Below are positions 13,861-26,339 of a stretch of 64,000 nucleotides of DNA, one piece after another. The position numbers and the translations under genes were made by a program. How positions within the stretch are numbered: the first letter of the stretch is position 1; every line of letters begins with the position of its first letter. The notes beneath the pieces are model-generated. The model searched no databases, was not told where the DNA came from, and saw nothing but the letters and a program-made list of their open reading frames with translations. The stretch is taken from positions 41,354,001 through 41,418,000 of the forward strand of contig CM060731.1 in the NCBI GenBank assembly GCA_030704615.1. The letters run 5' to 3'. The stretch is from Takakia lepidozioides (taxonomy: Eukaryota > Plantae > Bryophyta).

Positions 13861-14088
13861 ATTTGAACCCCCAACCTCCGAAACTCTAAAATGAACGACC
13901 TATTTCAAATCCAAAAACATTTTAGCTTGGATTGAACCCACAACCTCCTGAACTCTAAAATGAACTACCTATTTCAAATCCAAAAACATTTTAGCTTTGG
14001 ATGGAACCCTCAACCTCATGAACAATAAAATGAACTACCTATTTCAAATCCAAAAAACATTTTAGCTTTGGATGGAACCCACAACCTC
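13861..14088. repeat. Tandem repeat, unit about 70 bp, about 3.3 copies
   Basis: gaaccc.caacctc...aaaatgaac.acctatttcaaatccaaaaacattttagct.tgg units start at 13861, 13931, 14001 and 14072. Confidence 0.9.
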
Positions 14089-14250
14089 TTATCTTAAGGT
14101 CCAAGCTAGTTTCAGCCTTAAGGTACTTGTAGACCCAAGTGAATCCAAAAGACCTTGCCTTAAGAGTATCTCCACGGTGCCACGGCACTTGCACCCACTG
14201 CAATCTACCGGTGTAGGGGCCCAAAAAAGTGCTCCACCCATGCCTCGCCT

Positions 14251-14293
14251 CGGGCTGGCAGAGTTGCTGCCTGCCCGCCTTAATCCTGCCTAG
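14251..14293 (+). mobile_element. Candidate Helitron 3' terminus
   Basis: GC-rich hairpin cgggctggcag-agttg-ctgcctgcccg (14251-14277), 12-nt spacer, CTAG (14290-14293), then T. Confidence 0.5.
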
Positions 14294-14740
14294 TGCCCGA
14301 CACTTTTTCCATTTATACCTGGACCCCGCCAACCACGCTACATTAAACTTGTGAGTTATTTGGGAGTTAATGCGATATGATGTCCTCGATCATCGCGCCC
14401 AAATTATGATGGAGCGGCGGGCCTGCCCAGGGGCTATGTCTGCCGTGTCTGGTACCGTCCCAACCGTGGAGTGTCAGCCAACCAATCCTTGTATAAATTA
14501 CCGTCGCCCCTGTAACCAGGGGCATATAGCGTTTGATGTACCGTGCTCACCGTGGAGATGCTCTAAAGTATGGCCCAATAAAGTGTCGTATATCAAAAGT
14601 ATCACTCTAGTCCATACCTACGGTTACAAGATACGAGACAGATGCTACGCTGAGGTCTCCACACTCTTGTTCACTCCTTGTTTTGTTTTGTTGATCAGAG
14701 GAGGCTACAATTCCGAGCCAAGCAGAAGCAGAAGCAAGGC

Positions 14741-17700
14741 ATGGCCCAAGTCAAGGGGCCAGTGCGGGTGCCTATGGCACTACATGCTGCGAATCGGGAG
14801 AAACTGCGAGGCAAATTGAGTGCACAGTTGAAAGCTACGGGACGGCCTGTAGCCGGCATTGTCGTGTTGCAGGTTTCTCTCACTTTAGCTGAGCCTGTCT
14901 TCTCCATGGTATCTTTAGGGTTCCATGCCTGTGATTCTCATATTCACACCAGTGTGTGAAGGACATGTCTCAATTTGCATTGAAACAAGTGTTGAACTAC
15001 ATGAATGTGGGGCTACTCACAGTAAGATGTAGTAAGCACTCTGGTAATTACAAGACCTATATGAATTCCGCCAAATGTCTTAAGTTGAGGCGAAATTGAA
15101 AACTGAGGCATTTGTTGGTTCGTAGAATGTGTCCGAGTCGCCGCAAAAAATGAGCAAATTGAGTGCCAGCCTCCAATCTATACTGAATTCCGTGATGCAG
15201 CTGAGTCGGATGCCCTTGCAGCCGATTGGGGTCTCCTGCTGTTTCCGAAACGGGTGGTTGGATCTGATTTGCAACTAATATGCACAGATTCTAGAGAAGT
15301 TTAACAAGGTCACCCGAATTCAAGCCTCCAGATATAGAGTAGCTGTGAATTTTTTTTGGGCACAGCAGATGTTGGAGTAATTTGTCTTTGAGAGGGACTA
15401 CAGCACGAATGCGCGTCTGGGGTAGATGTCAGGATGCAAATTCGTTTCAAGATGTCGAGACCCACCTTTAAATGGGGTCTTTCTATTGGAGGGGGTTGGC
15501 TTTTTAATGTCAATTCAGGTTTCAATCAAGCAGGTTTAGCAGCTTTGTCAAAGGAGCACTGTAACCTACAGCAGTCCGCAACCAGATAGGTAGACAGAAC
15601 TAGCTGCAAGCAAAGTTGTGGAAGCCTCTCACTACAAGTTACATTCAAGTGTGCTGAAAGACCAGTTAAAAGCCTGAAGTAGTTTGTGAGACATTCTACT
15701 TTGCAGCAGCATCTTCGCTCACATGATGAAGGTGTGCAAGGTTTACGTTGATGTTGGACTGGTGAAGTGTTCCTTGAGGGTTGCACACTGACCAGTTGAG
15801 ATGCAGCCAACTCCCCACTGGTATTAGGCATTGCCTAGGCTTCACAGGAGCAGCTGTATTACTGGGAGGGATGGTATTACACCATCTGAGTATTGATGGG
15901 GAGCTCAAGCTACTTCCATAATGGAGAGCCATTGTGTCTCCTCCCGAATGTCCAGGTAGTGTCAAGATCATGTTCACAAGTATCTCTCTTGCATGCAGGG
16001 AGGTGAGGAACAACCACGATACTGTACGGATCATGTTCCTCTTTTCAGGTCTGGCACTCCATCTTTTCACAGTTGAGAAGACGTGCTGCACTTAAGTAGT
16101 ACAATGCCATAATTCCAGTTATCATTTTGGTTCAAGGAAAGGGGATGTTTGTCTAAGAGGTCGCTCGTGTGTATTAAAATTGGTGATGGGGTTTGATAAG
16201 CTTGGCCAGGTAGCTGGCTATCACTAAGGACCACTAGTGATGAATCAGAACAGTTCTGATCTTGTGAAATTGACCCCCTTGCCATGCACCCCCACGTCAA
16301 TTTTCTGGACCAGAATGTGAAAATTTGAAATTCCAGTTTCTAGTGAGAAACGGTACAAATACGAGAACCAAGTTGCCAATTTTTAAAGTTGCATAGGACC
16401 CAACCATTAAGAGGCTTGGCACCTGCTGATGTGTCTAAGCTGCAGGTATGTCTTCACAAGGGGACCCAGCTCGGAGCCACAGGTAGAAGAGTGTAACTAA
16501 AAGATCAAAGAACTGTATGTGTCTAAACAAATGCTACATGGGCCATGCTTCAAAGTTTGAGTTACCACCTCTATGCAAAACTCTTTTAGAAGGCCAGAGC
16601 TAAGTTGATTATAAGGTATTATGTTTTCATATTGGAGAATGAATGACCTAGTTGTGCGGGCTTGCTAGGCAGGAGAGCTATTTTGCATACTTGTTCGGCG
16701 TGAAGGAGCCAGGATTCTATGGTGCTCTGGTATGCGACCACACTCTTTGTTAAAATTAGAGCTATATTTGCAGGGTTTTTGGGTTGGGGCAGTGTGTGAT
16801 TCACCGTTCTCTATATTGCCAGGATCCCAGTCACACAAAATTCACCCATTTTGTGGCAGCAGTTCGATAGTAGTGCATCGATGTACCATCCATCAAACAC
16901 CAACAGTGGCTCTGTGTAAACAGTGTGCTGCTTATGAAGGAACATACGGGCTTTTTTCTGGTGTCATATTTCCATCCATCAAGATTCTAATATGGGTGTA
17001 GTCTTACCAATTTTACGATAACCTAACAACAAAATTTACGGCACGTTCATGAGTACTGGCATGTTATCGTTGACAGTTGGGTAGAAGGTAGGTATGCCTG
17101 AAATCTGACTTTGTGACTTGGTGATGATTCACTGACAAGGATGTATCTACCGGGAGGGCATTTCTGTTCATCCCACGGCTTAATCCGGAGTATGCAGTGT
17201 GGTTGGGTAAAATAGAGCCACCTTCCTATTTTCAGGTAAGATAACATCCTATGAGAGACTCCAGGAGTGAGATCTGGGATGTGGAAGGACTTTTGTGGAG
17301 TTTCCGAAGGCCTTTACTTTGTTTTGGTTGTCTTAAGTACCAATACATTCTGTGCTTTTAGTTGTGTCAGGGGTTGCATTTGAGTTGAAAGAGAATCCTA
17401 GCGCTAGTCTGTCACTTGTAGACACGTGAATTCCCCCCAGCCAGACCCCAAACATCGATGCTGTGGCACAGTTTATGTATTAAGTTTTCCAGTTAACCGC
17501 ACAATGTCCCAGTGATTTCCACAGAGAATGGTACATAGAAAAGAATCACTTCTATTTGCCAATGTCTCCTAAGAGACCAAGTACAAATAGTCATGATTGG
17601 ATGCCTTTGTGGTATATGTGTCTCTGACCACCTACTTACATTGGGTAATGGGCCATTGCAGAAAATGTATGAAGTTGATTCCGTGCACTATGTGGATGAG

Positions 17701-20700
17701 CTAGTTGATGTCTTGAAAGGAGTGAAGCAAGGAGAAGGAGATTTGACGCTATATCTCCTTTATGGTGTCAACACAGACAGTGGCAACTACTGCAAACCTG
17801 CCTCTTTCAAGGCTAGCCCTAAATAACTTACTCTCTGGATCTTTCAAAAAGGCTTATGACACAGTGTGGAGAGATGGCCTATGGTTCCGCCTCTGGTCTT
17901 GTGGGATCAAGGGAAAGATGTGGAGAGTTGTCCACAACTTGTATGCTCACACCAAAAGCTGTGTCACTGTTAACGGACAGAAGTCCAACTTCTTTGACAT
18001 AGACCAAGGTGTATCTCAAGGATGTACTCTCCCCTCTGCTCTTCAATGTTTTCATCAATCAACTCCTCGAGGATGTGGAGAGTGAGGAATTTGGGTTAAG
18101 GGTGGGTGATACCACCATACCAGCCCTTATGTTTGCGGATGACTTCGCAGGCATAGGGGAGACTCCAACCAATCTCCACGAGTTGATTGATTGCGCGAAG
18201 AGATACTTTGATCTTTGGGGGCTAGAGGCTAATGTCAGCAAATGTGCAGTGGTAGCATTCAACGACAGAGGAGAGGGAGGAAGTGATCTTAAGTGGCAGT
18301 GGGGTAGCCAAGAGATCCCGGTCCTCCCTTCCTACACTTACCTGGGCGTTGAGTTTTCCTCCAATTGTAATTGGGATGCACATATCCGGAAAGTTGTTCA
18401 AACTGGCAAGGGCAAAGCTCTGGGGCTCACTAAATTTTTCCACTGCAGAGGGGTCAACTCTGAGGTTAAGAAAACCATGCTTTGTCGCGTTATTAGACCT
18501 GCCTTGGAGTACGGATCTGCAATATGGGTTGATAACTCCAACCAGGCTAAGTCTCTAGAATCCATTCAAGTGGGGGTGCTTAAGGAGTGTATGTCAGCAT
18601 GCTCCAAAACAGCCAATGTGGCTGTTCGGGGTGAGTTTGGCATTCCGTCCTTAAGCTCCCGACGAGATGAATTCAAGGTCAGATGGTGGGGTCAGCTGCA
18701 ACATATGCCCAACACCAGATATCCTAAGTTAATTGACTCTATATCTTGGAAACAGGACCGCCCTGTCAAACAGGCTAAGTCCTGGCAGAAGAGAGTAGAA
18801 GAGATTCTCAAGGACCTGGACCTGGATCCGCAAGTCTTGACCCTGCTGGATAAATCTGACTTAGAGGCTGTAGTGTCCAAAGCCATGTCTGTTGCCATGA
18901 GATTGTCTGATGAAAATGAAGTTAGGCAGAAAACTTCCCTGAACTTGTTTCCAGTCAGTGACATGGGGGAGGACATCTTGGATGACCTCAAGGGTCTACC
19001 CACTCTCGGCACTAGACTGAAATTTAAACTCAGGGCAGGAAGCCTACCTTTGAACAGCAAACAGAAGCAGAGAGGAAAGGGAGAGTGCAATTGCCCGTTG
19101 TGTGGGCAATCTGAAGACAGTATTCATTTTCTGATACACTGTCCGGGGTTCTCTCACCAAAGAGACACTCTCTTCAAATCTATCAAGGGAATTGTGCCTG
19201 TACCCCTGTTTACCAACTTTGAAAGGCTCAAGGCTGAGCCAAAAGCCCAGGCCCTCCTGAGGCCTAGTTTTTGGGCAAATCACACAGCAGATTGATGCTT
19301 GTGTGAAGGGATTTCTAGAGGATATCTGGAAAACCCGGATTAATTCTATATATGAAGGTAAGTCTTACTACCAACGTCAGCCCCTGACAGAGGTAGGTTC
19401 TGTCCCTTTTGTTCCCGCTCAAACTGGGTGCGGGGTCAATGGCCACAAGGCTACAGCAAACAACGTCTTATGAGTACAATCTCTGGATCTTTCCTATATC
19501 TTCTCTATGTTTTTTTTTTTTTTCCTATGGATCTTTCCAGTTCTCACTCACGCTAGATCACTCCTCAACCTCCTCCACTGACTTCCAGCTCAAAATTATG
19601 TCCTAGTGAATTATCCTTCTAGTTAAGGATGCAACTTTTCAGACACAGATCAAGCTTCGATGTAGGTGAAGTAGAAGCATTTAGTTCTTTTAGAGAGGGT
19701 GAGTCTGTCAAATCTCTGAAACTTGAGAATATCGTGCTTTTCCAAACTGTCTCACGGAAGCTGGAAGAAATGGTGGACACCTTAATGCATGGGGACAAAC
19801 AAATAGAAACCATTTTGCAAGTTAGATTTTCAGGCTTGGGGATTCTGGGAAAAGTCTATGCTAGGAATGGGTCAGGCCAGGCTCCTGGGCACTGTGGGCT
19901 TCACTTAATTGTTACATCCAGGAGACAGCACTTGTCTCATGACAACTGAACTCCATTGTGTTTACAATTGTATGATTTGTTTGCTTATTAATGGTTTATT
20001 GATGTTGTGGATGCAGGGCATAGAGATGTTCAAGAGTGACATGGAACTTCTGCATCCAGTACTGAGTGAGTGCCGTGTGCATAAGTTGAAGTTGGAGCTG
20101 GATCTTATGCGCTATGTCAACAACGTCAGCTCTGCAGCCCATGTTGAGGTCTACTCTTGAGCTTTTGCATAGTTTGACTGTTTATCCGAGGAAGGTTCTA
20201 CTCCTTCCAAGTTTATCCAACAAATGTTCAGATTTTCTACCAATGTAATCATCTCTTACCAACGCAGTCCCATTACTGACAAGCTGGCCGGATCACAAGA
20301 AACTGGAAAAGAACTGCACAATTCAGCTGGATAGGAATCAATCTTACCCCTGTTTTAGATCACAATGTAGATATCCATGCAATCTTTCTGTTCAACTTTT
20401 TTGAGCACCACGGACTCTCCGTTGCTTCCCTACTGCCACAAAAGAGTAGAAATTTTGTCCAGCGGGACCGCAACAGATGCATCAGATGAGAACTTATGGA
20501 ATTTCACGTTAAGCGACCATGGAAACCAGCCAATCCTACAACAAAACTGCAGTTCTATTGGGAGACATTCTTGGTCCTCAGTGACGAAGAATCTTGCGGC
20601 CCAATTACCTGTCTGCAGCTCTCTCTAGGGCATTGGGGAGGTTTAGGGTGGGCTCCCACAGTCTGCGGATAGAGACTGGTAGGTGGGACAATCTGCAACG

Positions 20701-23700
20701 TGAGGACTGCCTGTGTCCCACTTGCGCTGGAAACAACAGGGAAATCAATCGGGAAGAACATTTCTTCTTTCGCTGTCCTCTCTACTGCGAGATCTGTGGG
20801 AGATTCTTTATCTATTCTGAGATACCCACTATCTCACAGAGGTCTTCCATTACGAGGTTCAGAAATGCTTAGCAGCATATCTGCATGAGTCTCTGCCTCT
20901 AAGACGGCTGGCTGGTCCACAGCATCCCCAGTCATGAGCAATATTGCGCTTGGCATTTGTGGACGTGATATAGATTGTACTCATAAGACATTGTTTGTCG
21001 TAGCCTTGTGGCCATTGACGTGGACGTGATATAGAATTGGCTGGAAAGGGGGGTGTTACATTGAACATTGAAGTGAGTAACTTACAAGGAGGAGACATGG
21101 TACAGGTTATGAGGACAGCAACGGTGGGCATGAAGGAGTACCAACTGGAGAGTACATTTTTGCACCATGTCTATATGCATGGAGGTTGCCGCCACTGCTC
21201 ATATACCTGCATCTGCGCGACTGGTGCAAACAGGTGGCCTTCCTCCTTATGTTTTCAATCCTAAGAATGTACTCATAAGACGTTGTTTGCCGTAGCCGTG
21301 TTTTCAATCTTTAGAGTTATAATATTGCACATTCATCTTACACAAATCCCCATGTCCAAGGGCTGTTATATCACAAAAGTGGGCAGTTGTGGGATATTTG
21401 CCTGCCTTGTGAGGATATCAAACCGTTGCAATTTGGTCTCCAGTTGTGTTTAACACTAGTCTTTTATACGTGTTGATCCTGGTCCAAGATATTTCATACC
21501 TGCTGTGTTGATGGCATGTGAAGACTGATAATAATTAAAATTGCACAGAGTGTGAAATGGAAGGATCCTCTCCAAACCTGGATATGTTAATGGATGGGGG
21601 CATGAAGGTTATAATGAGGGGGACGACAGTGGGCGTCAATGTAGTGTGTAATGCTGGGGTGGGTTGGTGGCAGTTCCATCTTGCATTATGGGCATGCTTC
21701 TGCTCCAAATGATCGGGTGTGAACCATCTTCTTCCCTGTGATTTGTGTCTGCACCACACCTTTCCCACTGGCAGGGAATGAATGAATTGTTTTGGCCCAA
21801 CGATATCTAAAGTGATGCCAGAATGCCAAAGAATCACTGCTTTGCCAAAATGTGAGCTCTGCATGAGTTTCGTATTTTGAGATTTTTGTGTTGCTTGGCA
21901 AAAGGGTGGAGCAAAATCTCATGCTCAAATTTGTTATGCACTCTGACTGGTTGAGTTTTTCTGTGATTGTGTGGTTATTTGATTGAAGGTGTTGCTGGAT
22001 GGTGATATGGCGCTTCTTGACATGGGAGCTGAGTATCATTTCTATGGCTCAGACATCACTTGCTCCTTTCCTGTGAGTAGAATATATTGCATAACATACT
22101 CATTATGAAGACAGCGGTGCTTTGGGTGGTTCCTGTTCGCAATCATTCAAAGGAGTATGAAGTGCACAAGCTCTTTATGACTGGAGTAGGGATCACTGAA
22201 TTGCAGGAGATATAATGATCATGAAGCATTCATAGTTGGGCACTGTGGGATAGTTTGTTGTTCCACTAGGGCCCTGACTCGTTGTCAATTTGTCATGTCT
22301 GTTTTCCTTGGGAAATGTTACCCAGGTCAATGGGAAATTTACAGATGACCAGCGCGCTGTATATGGGGTGAGTCCACTTTCCGCGCTGTTGCACCATCCA
22401 TTTTGTTCCTCACTGGCTCATCCTGTGAGCAATCATTGTTCATGAATGTGATCTTAGCAGCTACAATGACCACAAGTTGAGTTGACTGTTTCCAGCTGTA
22501 AATCGTATTACACAAAAGCATAAAATTTCAACTGTTCCACCATCTACTGAGGACTATTAGGAAATAGTTCAGCAGCGTTGCTTTGTTGCTAACGTGCAGG
22601 CAGTGCTAGAGGCACAGAAGGCTGTGATAGCAACAATGAGACCTGGCGTGAGTTGGGTTGATATGCACAAGTACGCAGATCCTCCTGGACATGTGAATCT
22701 TTATTTTCCTTGATTTTCTTATCAGGAACTGGCTTGCAGTACTGCTTTTCAAGCTGGGGGCTTGTAGGGCTTCCTGGGAATTGGGGGAAATACATAATCA
22801 AATTTACTGCTGGTAGTCTGTTGCTCTTAGATGTTATGGGAGCTGCTGGGCTTTGATAATGGATCTCTAATCCAAGATTGGTCTAGAAACTCTTACTTTA
22901 CGTGGATGACAGACAATCCGAAGCAATATTCTGCTTGCTGTCAAATATCAACACATCTCTTTGCTTGGTAGGTTGGCAGAATGGCACGTACTTGCTGGGC
23001 TCAAGCATGCTAGGTTTCTACAAGGGTAAGGTTGAGCAATCGTCACCATTCGCAGCGATGAGCATTTGCAACTTTCCTTTTTTATGGATCCGATTCAATA
23101 CAAGACAAGGAGATCTTATTACCAAGCAATGAGACTTTGACAATGTTCAGGGATCTGGAGGAGATGATGAAGAACAGGATAGGAGCGGTATTCATGCCAC
23201 ATGGCCTTGGCCACTTTTTGGGGTTGGATACGCATGATACAGGCGGCTATCCAAAAGCAAGTCTCCTCATATGTGATGTGCAAAGTCTTGGCCTTATTAT
23301 TTGCCAGTGAGCTTGAGAGTACAAGTTATGATCCTTCATTTCTGCTGATATTACAAAAGTGAATTCTCAGTATGTCAATGTATACTAGATCTTGGAGTCT
23401 CAGTCACATCAGTGTTGACACATCCTATGTGAGGAGATAACTTAATTCCTCGGTCAATGAGCAGGGCACGGACAGGATCTGTGAGCCTGGTCTGAAGTCC
23501 CTGAGGACAGTACGCACGTTGGAGGAGGGAATGGTAAGGGTACTTGGTCTATGTGTTTCTTACTTTGGAGTATTCCCGTAATTGGGTATGCTGCTGAGAT
23601 TTGTTGTGTAGACCTATCCAGCTGCCTACGTGCAAGTCTTCCCCCGGTCCCTGCAGCTATCTTTCTTCTTTTGTGTCTCCCTGGTTGGATTCACCTTGGC

Positions 23701-24304
23701 CACCATAGGAACAAGATTCTCTGCTTGCCTGTCTGCAATCCCATGGTGCTTATCTTCTCGTCTATTGAACAATTTTCATAGGTAGTCGTACAATTGCAGT
23801 CTGTAAGGGCATTGTGGATGCTGCAGGTCGTGACAGTGGAGCCAGGATGTTATTTCATAGAAGCATTACTGGCACCTGCACTCGAAGACCCTGCAATGTC
23901 TCAGTTCTTCGTGAAGCAGGCCCTACAAAGGTTGCGTAGCAGTGGGGGTGTGAGGCTTGAGGATGACCTGGTGAGAGAGGTTCACATAAATCTATACCTC
24001 ATGTGGTCCAGTGAAAGAGAGAGTTCTGTTTGTACAAGATGTACAAGCAGTCTTCCAGCTTTGATATGAGGCACTGGTCTGATGTCCTTGGTTGTTTTCT
24101 TTGGTTACAATGGGATTCACACACTCTTCTATGTTATTTCGTACAGGCTATGAACAAGAGATGATGGAGACTGCCCTCACAGTTCCCTTACTTTTGCAGG
24201 TAGTGACAGCAGATGGTTGTGAGAACCTAACGAAGTGTCCACGCGAGATTTGGGAAATTGAGGCGGTCATGGCTGGAGGCTTATGGCCACTTCCTTCTAA
24301 GTAA
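14741..24304 (+). CDS. PEPD: Xaa-Pro dipeptidase (prolidase, M24B). 16 exons: 14741-14872, 15999-16048, 16669-16729, 17140-17235, 17662-17811, 20017-20148, 21106-21233, 21674-21716, 21989-22072, 22326-22367, 22600-22670, 22972-23025, 23151-23256, 23465-23533, 23827-23970, 24200-24304
   Basis: The spliced product reads [89 protein letters not shown]. All metal ligands are present and frame is preserved. Introns 5 and 13 have GC donors. Confidence 0.95.
17846..19479 (+). mobile_element. 5'-truncated non-LTR retrotransposon (RTE/RTE-X-like, family A) in prolidase intron 5
   Basis: RT motifs [21 protein letters not shown] (frameshift), MFADD, YTYLG; C-terminal CPLC...HFLIHC. 14-bp TSD tctctggatctttc at 17832-17845 and 19480-19493. 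Confidence 0.93.
20480..20930 (+). mobile_element. LINE family B 3' ORF remnant in prolidase intron 6
   Basis: [45 protein letters not shown]. Related pieces at about 52.9, 57.4 and 61.8 kb. Confidence 0.8.
20975..21019 (-). mobile_element. 45-bp LINE-A 3' tip with 16-bp TSD
   Basis: Reverse complement of the LINE-A terminus, flanked by gtggacgtgatataga at 20959-20974 and 21020-21035. Confidence 0.8.
21267..21298 (-). mobile_element. LINE-A 3' tip of about 32 bp with imperfect TSD
   Basis: atgtactcataagacgttgtttgccgtagcc flanked by tgttttcaatc repeats at 21250 and 21299. Confidence 0.7.
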
Positions 24305-24971
24305 GATTATCCACCTTCCATTACTGGAGATCTTATGTTTATAGGATTCTAGGGAGGAATGGAAAACGCTGCAAGTGTTTGGTGTGATGGAGCAAGGAGA
24401 GGCCCGTAATGGCTGCTGCGCAATGCGCTACCTAGTACATACAGGCCTACTTGTTTTGCAATGTGGGATCTCAGTGCATATGAAGTGGTGGAAAAGGACC
24501 TACCTGACTAGAGCAAGAGACCTGTCATTCTGCTTATAGTACACGAGTCACGAGTCCCTGAATATTTTTCTCTCTGGTTATGAGTCTCTCAAAACCTTCC
24601 CCAAGGGTTTGGAAAGCCATTATGCAGTTTGGCAGGCACTACTCAGTTCACGCAGTGACAAAATTTGACATAAACATGATACACATTCTCACATGTGGTG
24701 AGAAAGAGTTATTTTTCCAAACATAGGACATTCTATAAACATGCTGCAAGGTGGTGCAATTATTCACATTGAAGGTGGAAGGAAAAAGGGTCTTAATGGA
24801 GACTAACATGGTATGGAAACCCAAGAAACCTTTGAGGGGAATGTGTCCAGAAATGTTGCAGATGATCATAAGAAACCATGTGCACAATATTCTTGAGACA
24901 GATAATCTAATAAAACATTTAACCTGAGACATAACTATCACCCTGATACATCCAACCTGTGGAGAAGAGAG

Positions 24972-25799
24972 AGAATGTAGTCATAAGATGTTGTTTGCCG
25001 TAGCCTTGTGGCCATTGACCCAGTGCCCAGTTTGAGCGGAACACAAAGAGACAGAACTTACCTCTGTGAGGGGCTGAGGTCAGTAGTAAGACTTGAGGAG
25101 AGCGTCTCTCGGGTGAGAGAACCCCGGACAGTGATCAGAAAATGAATATTGTCTTCAGGTTGCCCACACAACGGAGAATTGCACTCTCCCTTTCCTCTCT
25201 GCTTCTGTCTGCTGTTTAAAGGTAAGGTTCCTGCCCCGAGTTTAAATTTCAGTCTAGTGCCGAGAGTGGGTAGACCCTTGAGGTCATCCTTGATGTCCTC
25301 CCCCATGTCACAGACTGGAAACAAGTTCGGGGCCTAACTTCATTTTCATCATTTCCTGGCAACAGACATAGCTTTGGACACTTCAACCTCTAAGTCAGAT
25401 TTATCCAGCAGGGTCAAGACTTGCGGATTCAGATTCAGATCCTCGAGAATCTCTTCTACTCTCTTCTGCCAGGACTTAGCCTGTTTGACAGAGCGGTCCT
25501 GTTTCCAAGATATAGAGTAGATTAACTTAGGATATCTGGTGTTGGACATATGTTGCAGCTGACCCCACCATCTGACCTTGAATTCATCTCGTTGGGAGCT
25601 TAAGGAAGGGATGCCAAACTCACTCCGAACAGCCACATTGGCTGTTTTGGAGCATGCTAACATGCACTCCTTAAGCACCCCCACTTGAATGGATTCTAGG
25701 GACTTAGCCCATATTGCAGATGCATACTCCAAGGCAGGTCTAAGAATGTGACAGAGCATGGTTTTCTTGACCTCAGAATTGATCCCTCTACAGTGGAAA

Positions 25800-25800
<1 letters not shown>
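24972..25800 (-). mobile_element. 5'-truncated, internally deleted LINE family A copy
   Basis: Near-identical to 18440-19480 ([38 protein letters not shown]). Inserted in a GA-rich tract. Confidence 0.9.
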
Positions 25801-25830
<30 letters not shown>

Positions 25831-26339
25831 GGAAAGAATGCACGTCACAAGGAAGCCTCTGGGCCCAGGGGACACAGGACAGAAACAGAATCAAAGAAAG
25901 GCATTGCATATGCCCCAATATACTTTCAGTCCTCATAGCTAAAGCATCCACCAATGGAAAATCTCTCTAGAGACACCACTCTGTGCCCTGCACAAGAAGA
26001 AATGATCCTCTGCATCCATTTCACCTATGGTTCAACCAGGGCAGATCCTATCTGAAGGGGGGTGTCACCCCCCTGTCCTGCGACAGACAGACAGGATCCT
26101 TTGGCTCATGTAGATTAATGGCAAGCTGGATTGTCATGACACTGTTGAAAAACTCGTATTCATGTGGTTTTACATGTTTGAGTCCCTGTGCAGATGCCTC
26201 ACCTGTGCACAGAACTCATGGTTTTGTTAAGAGATCATAAACACCTCACACCCAGGAGGGTACTGAAAATAATTACAGATTATAACATGTCTGCCCCAAC
26301 ATTGAACCAGCTAACTTCATTTCATGCGTATTGCATGTT

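Noticed and set aside
13861-14088. Possible CRISPR-like array
   Set aside because: The units are contiguous with no unique spacers, and the context is eukaryotic.
18009-19295. 428-aa RT ORF as a standalone gene or retron
   Set aside because: It is a 5'-truncated LINE with a TSD and sibling copies.
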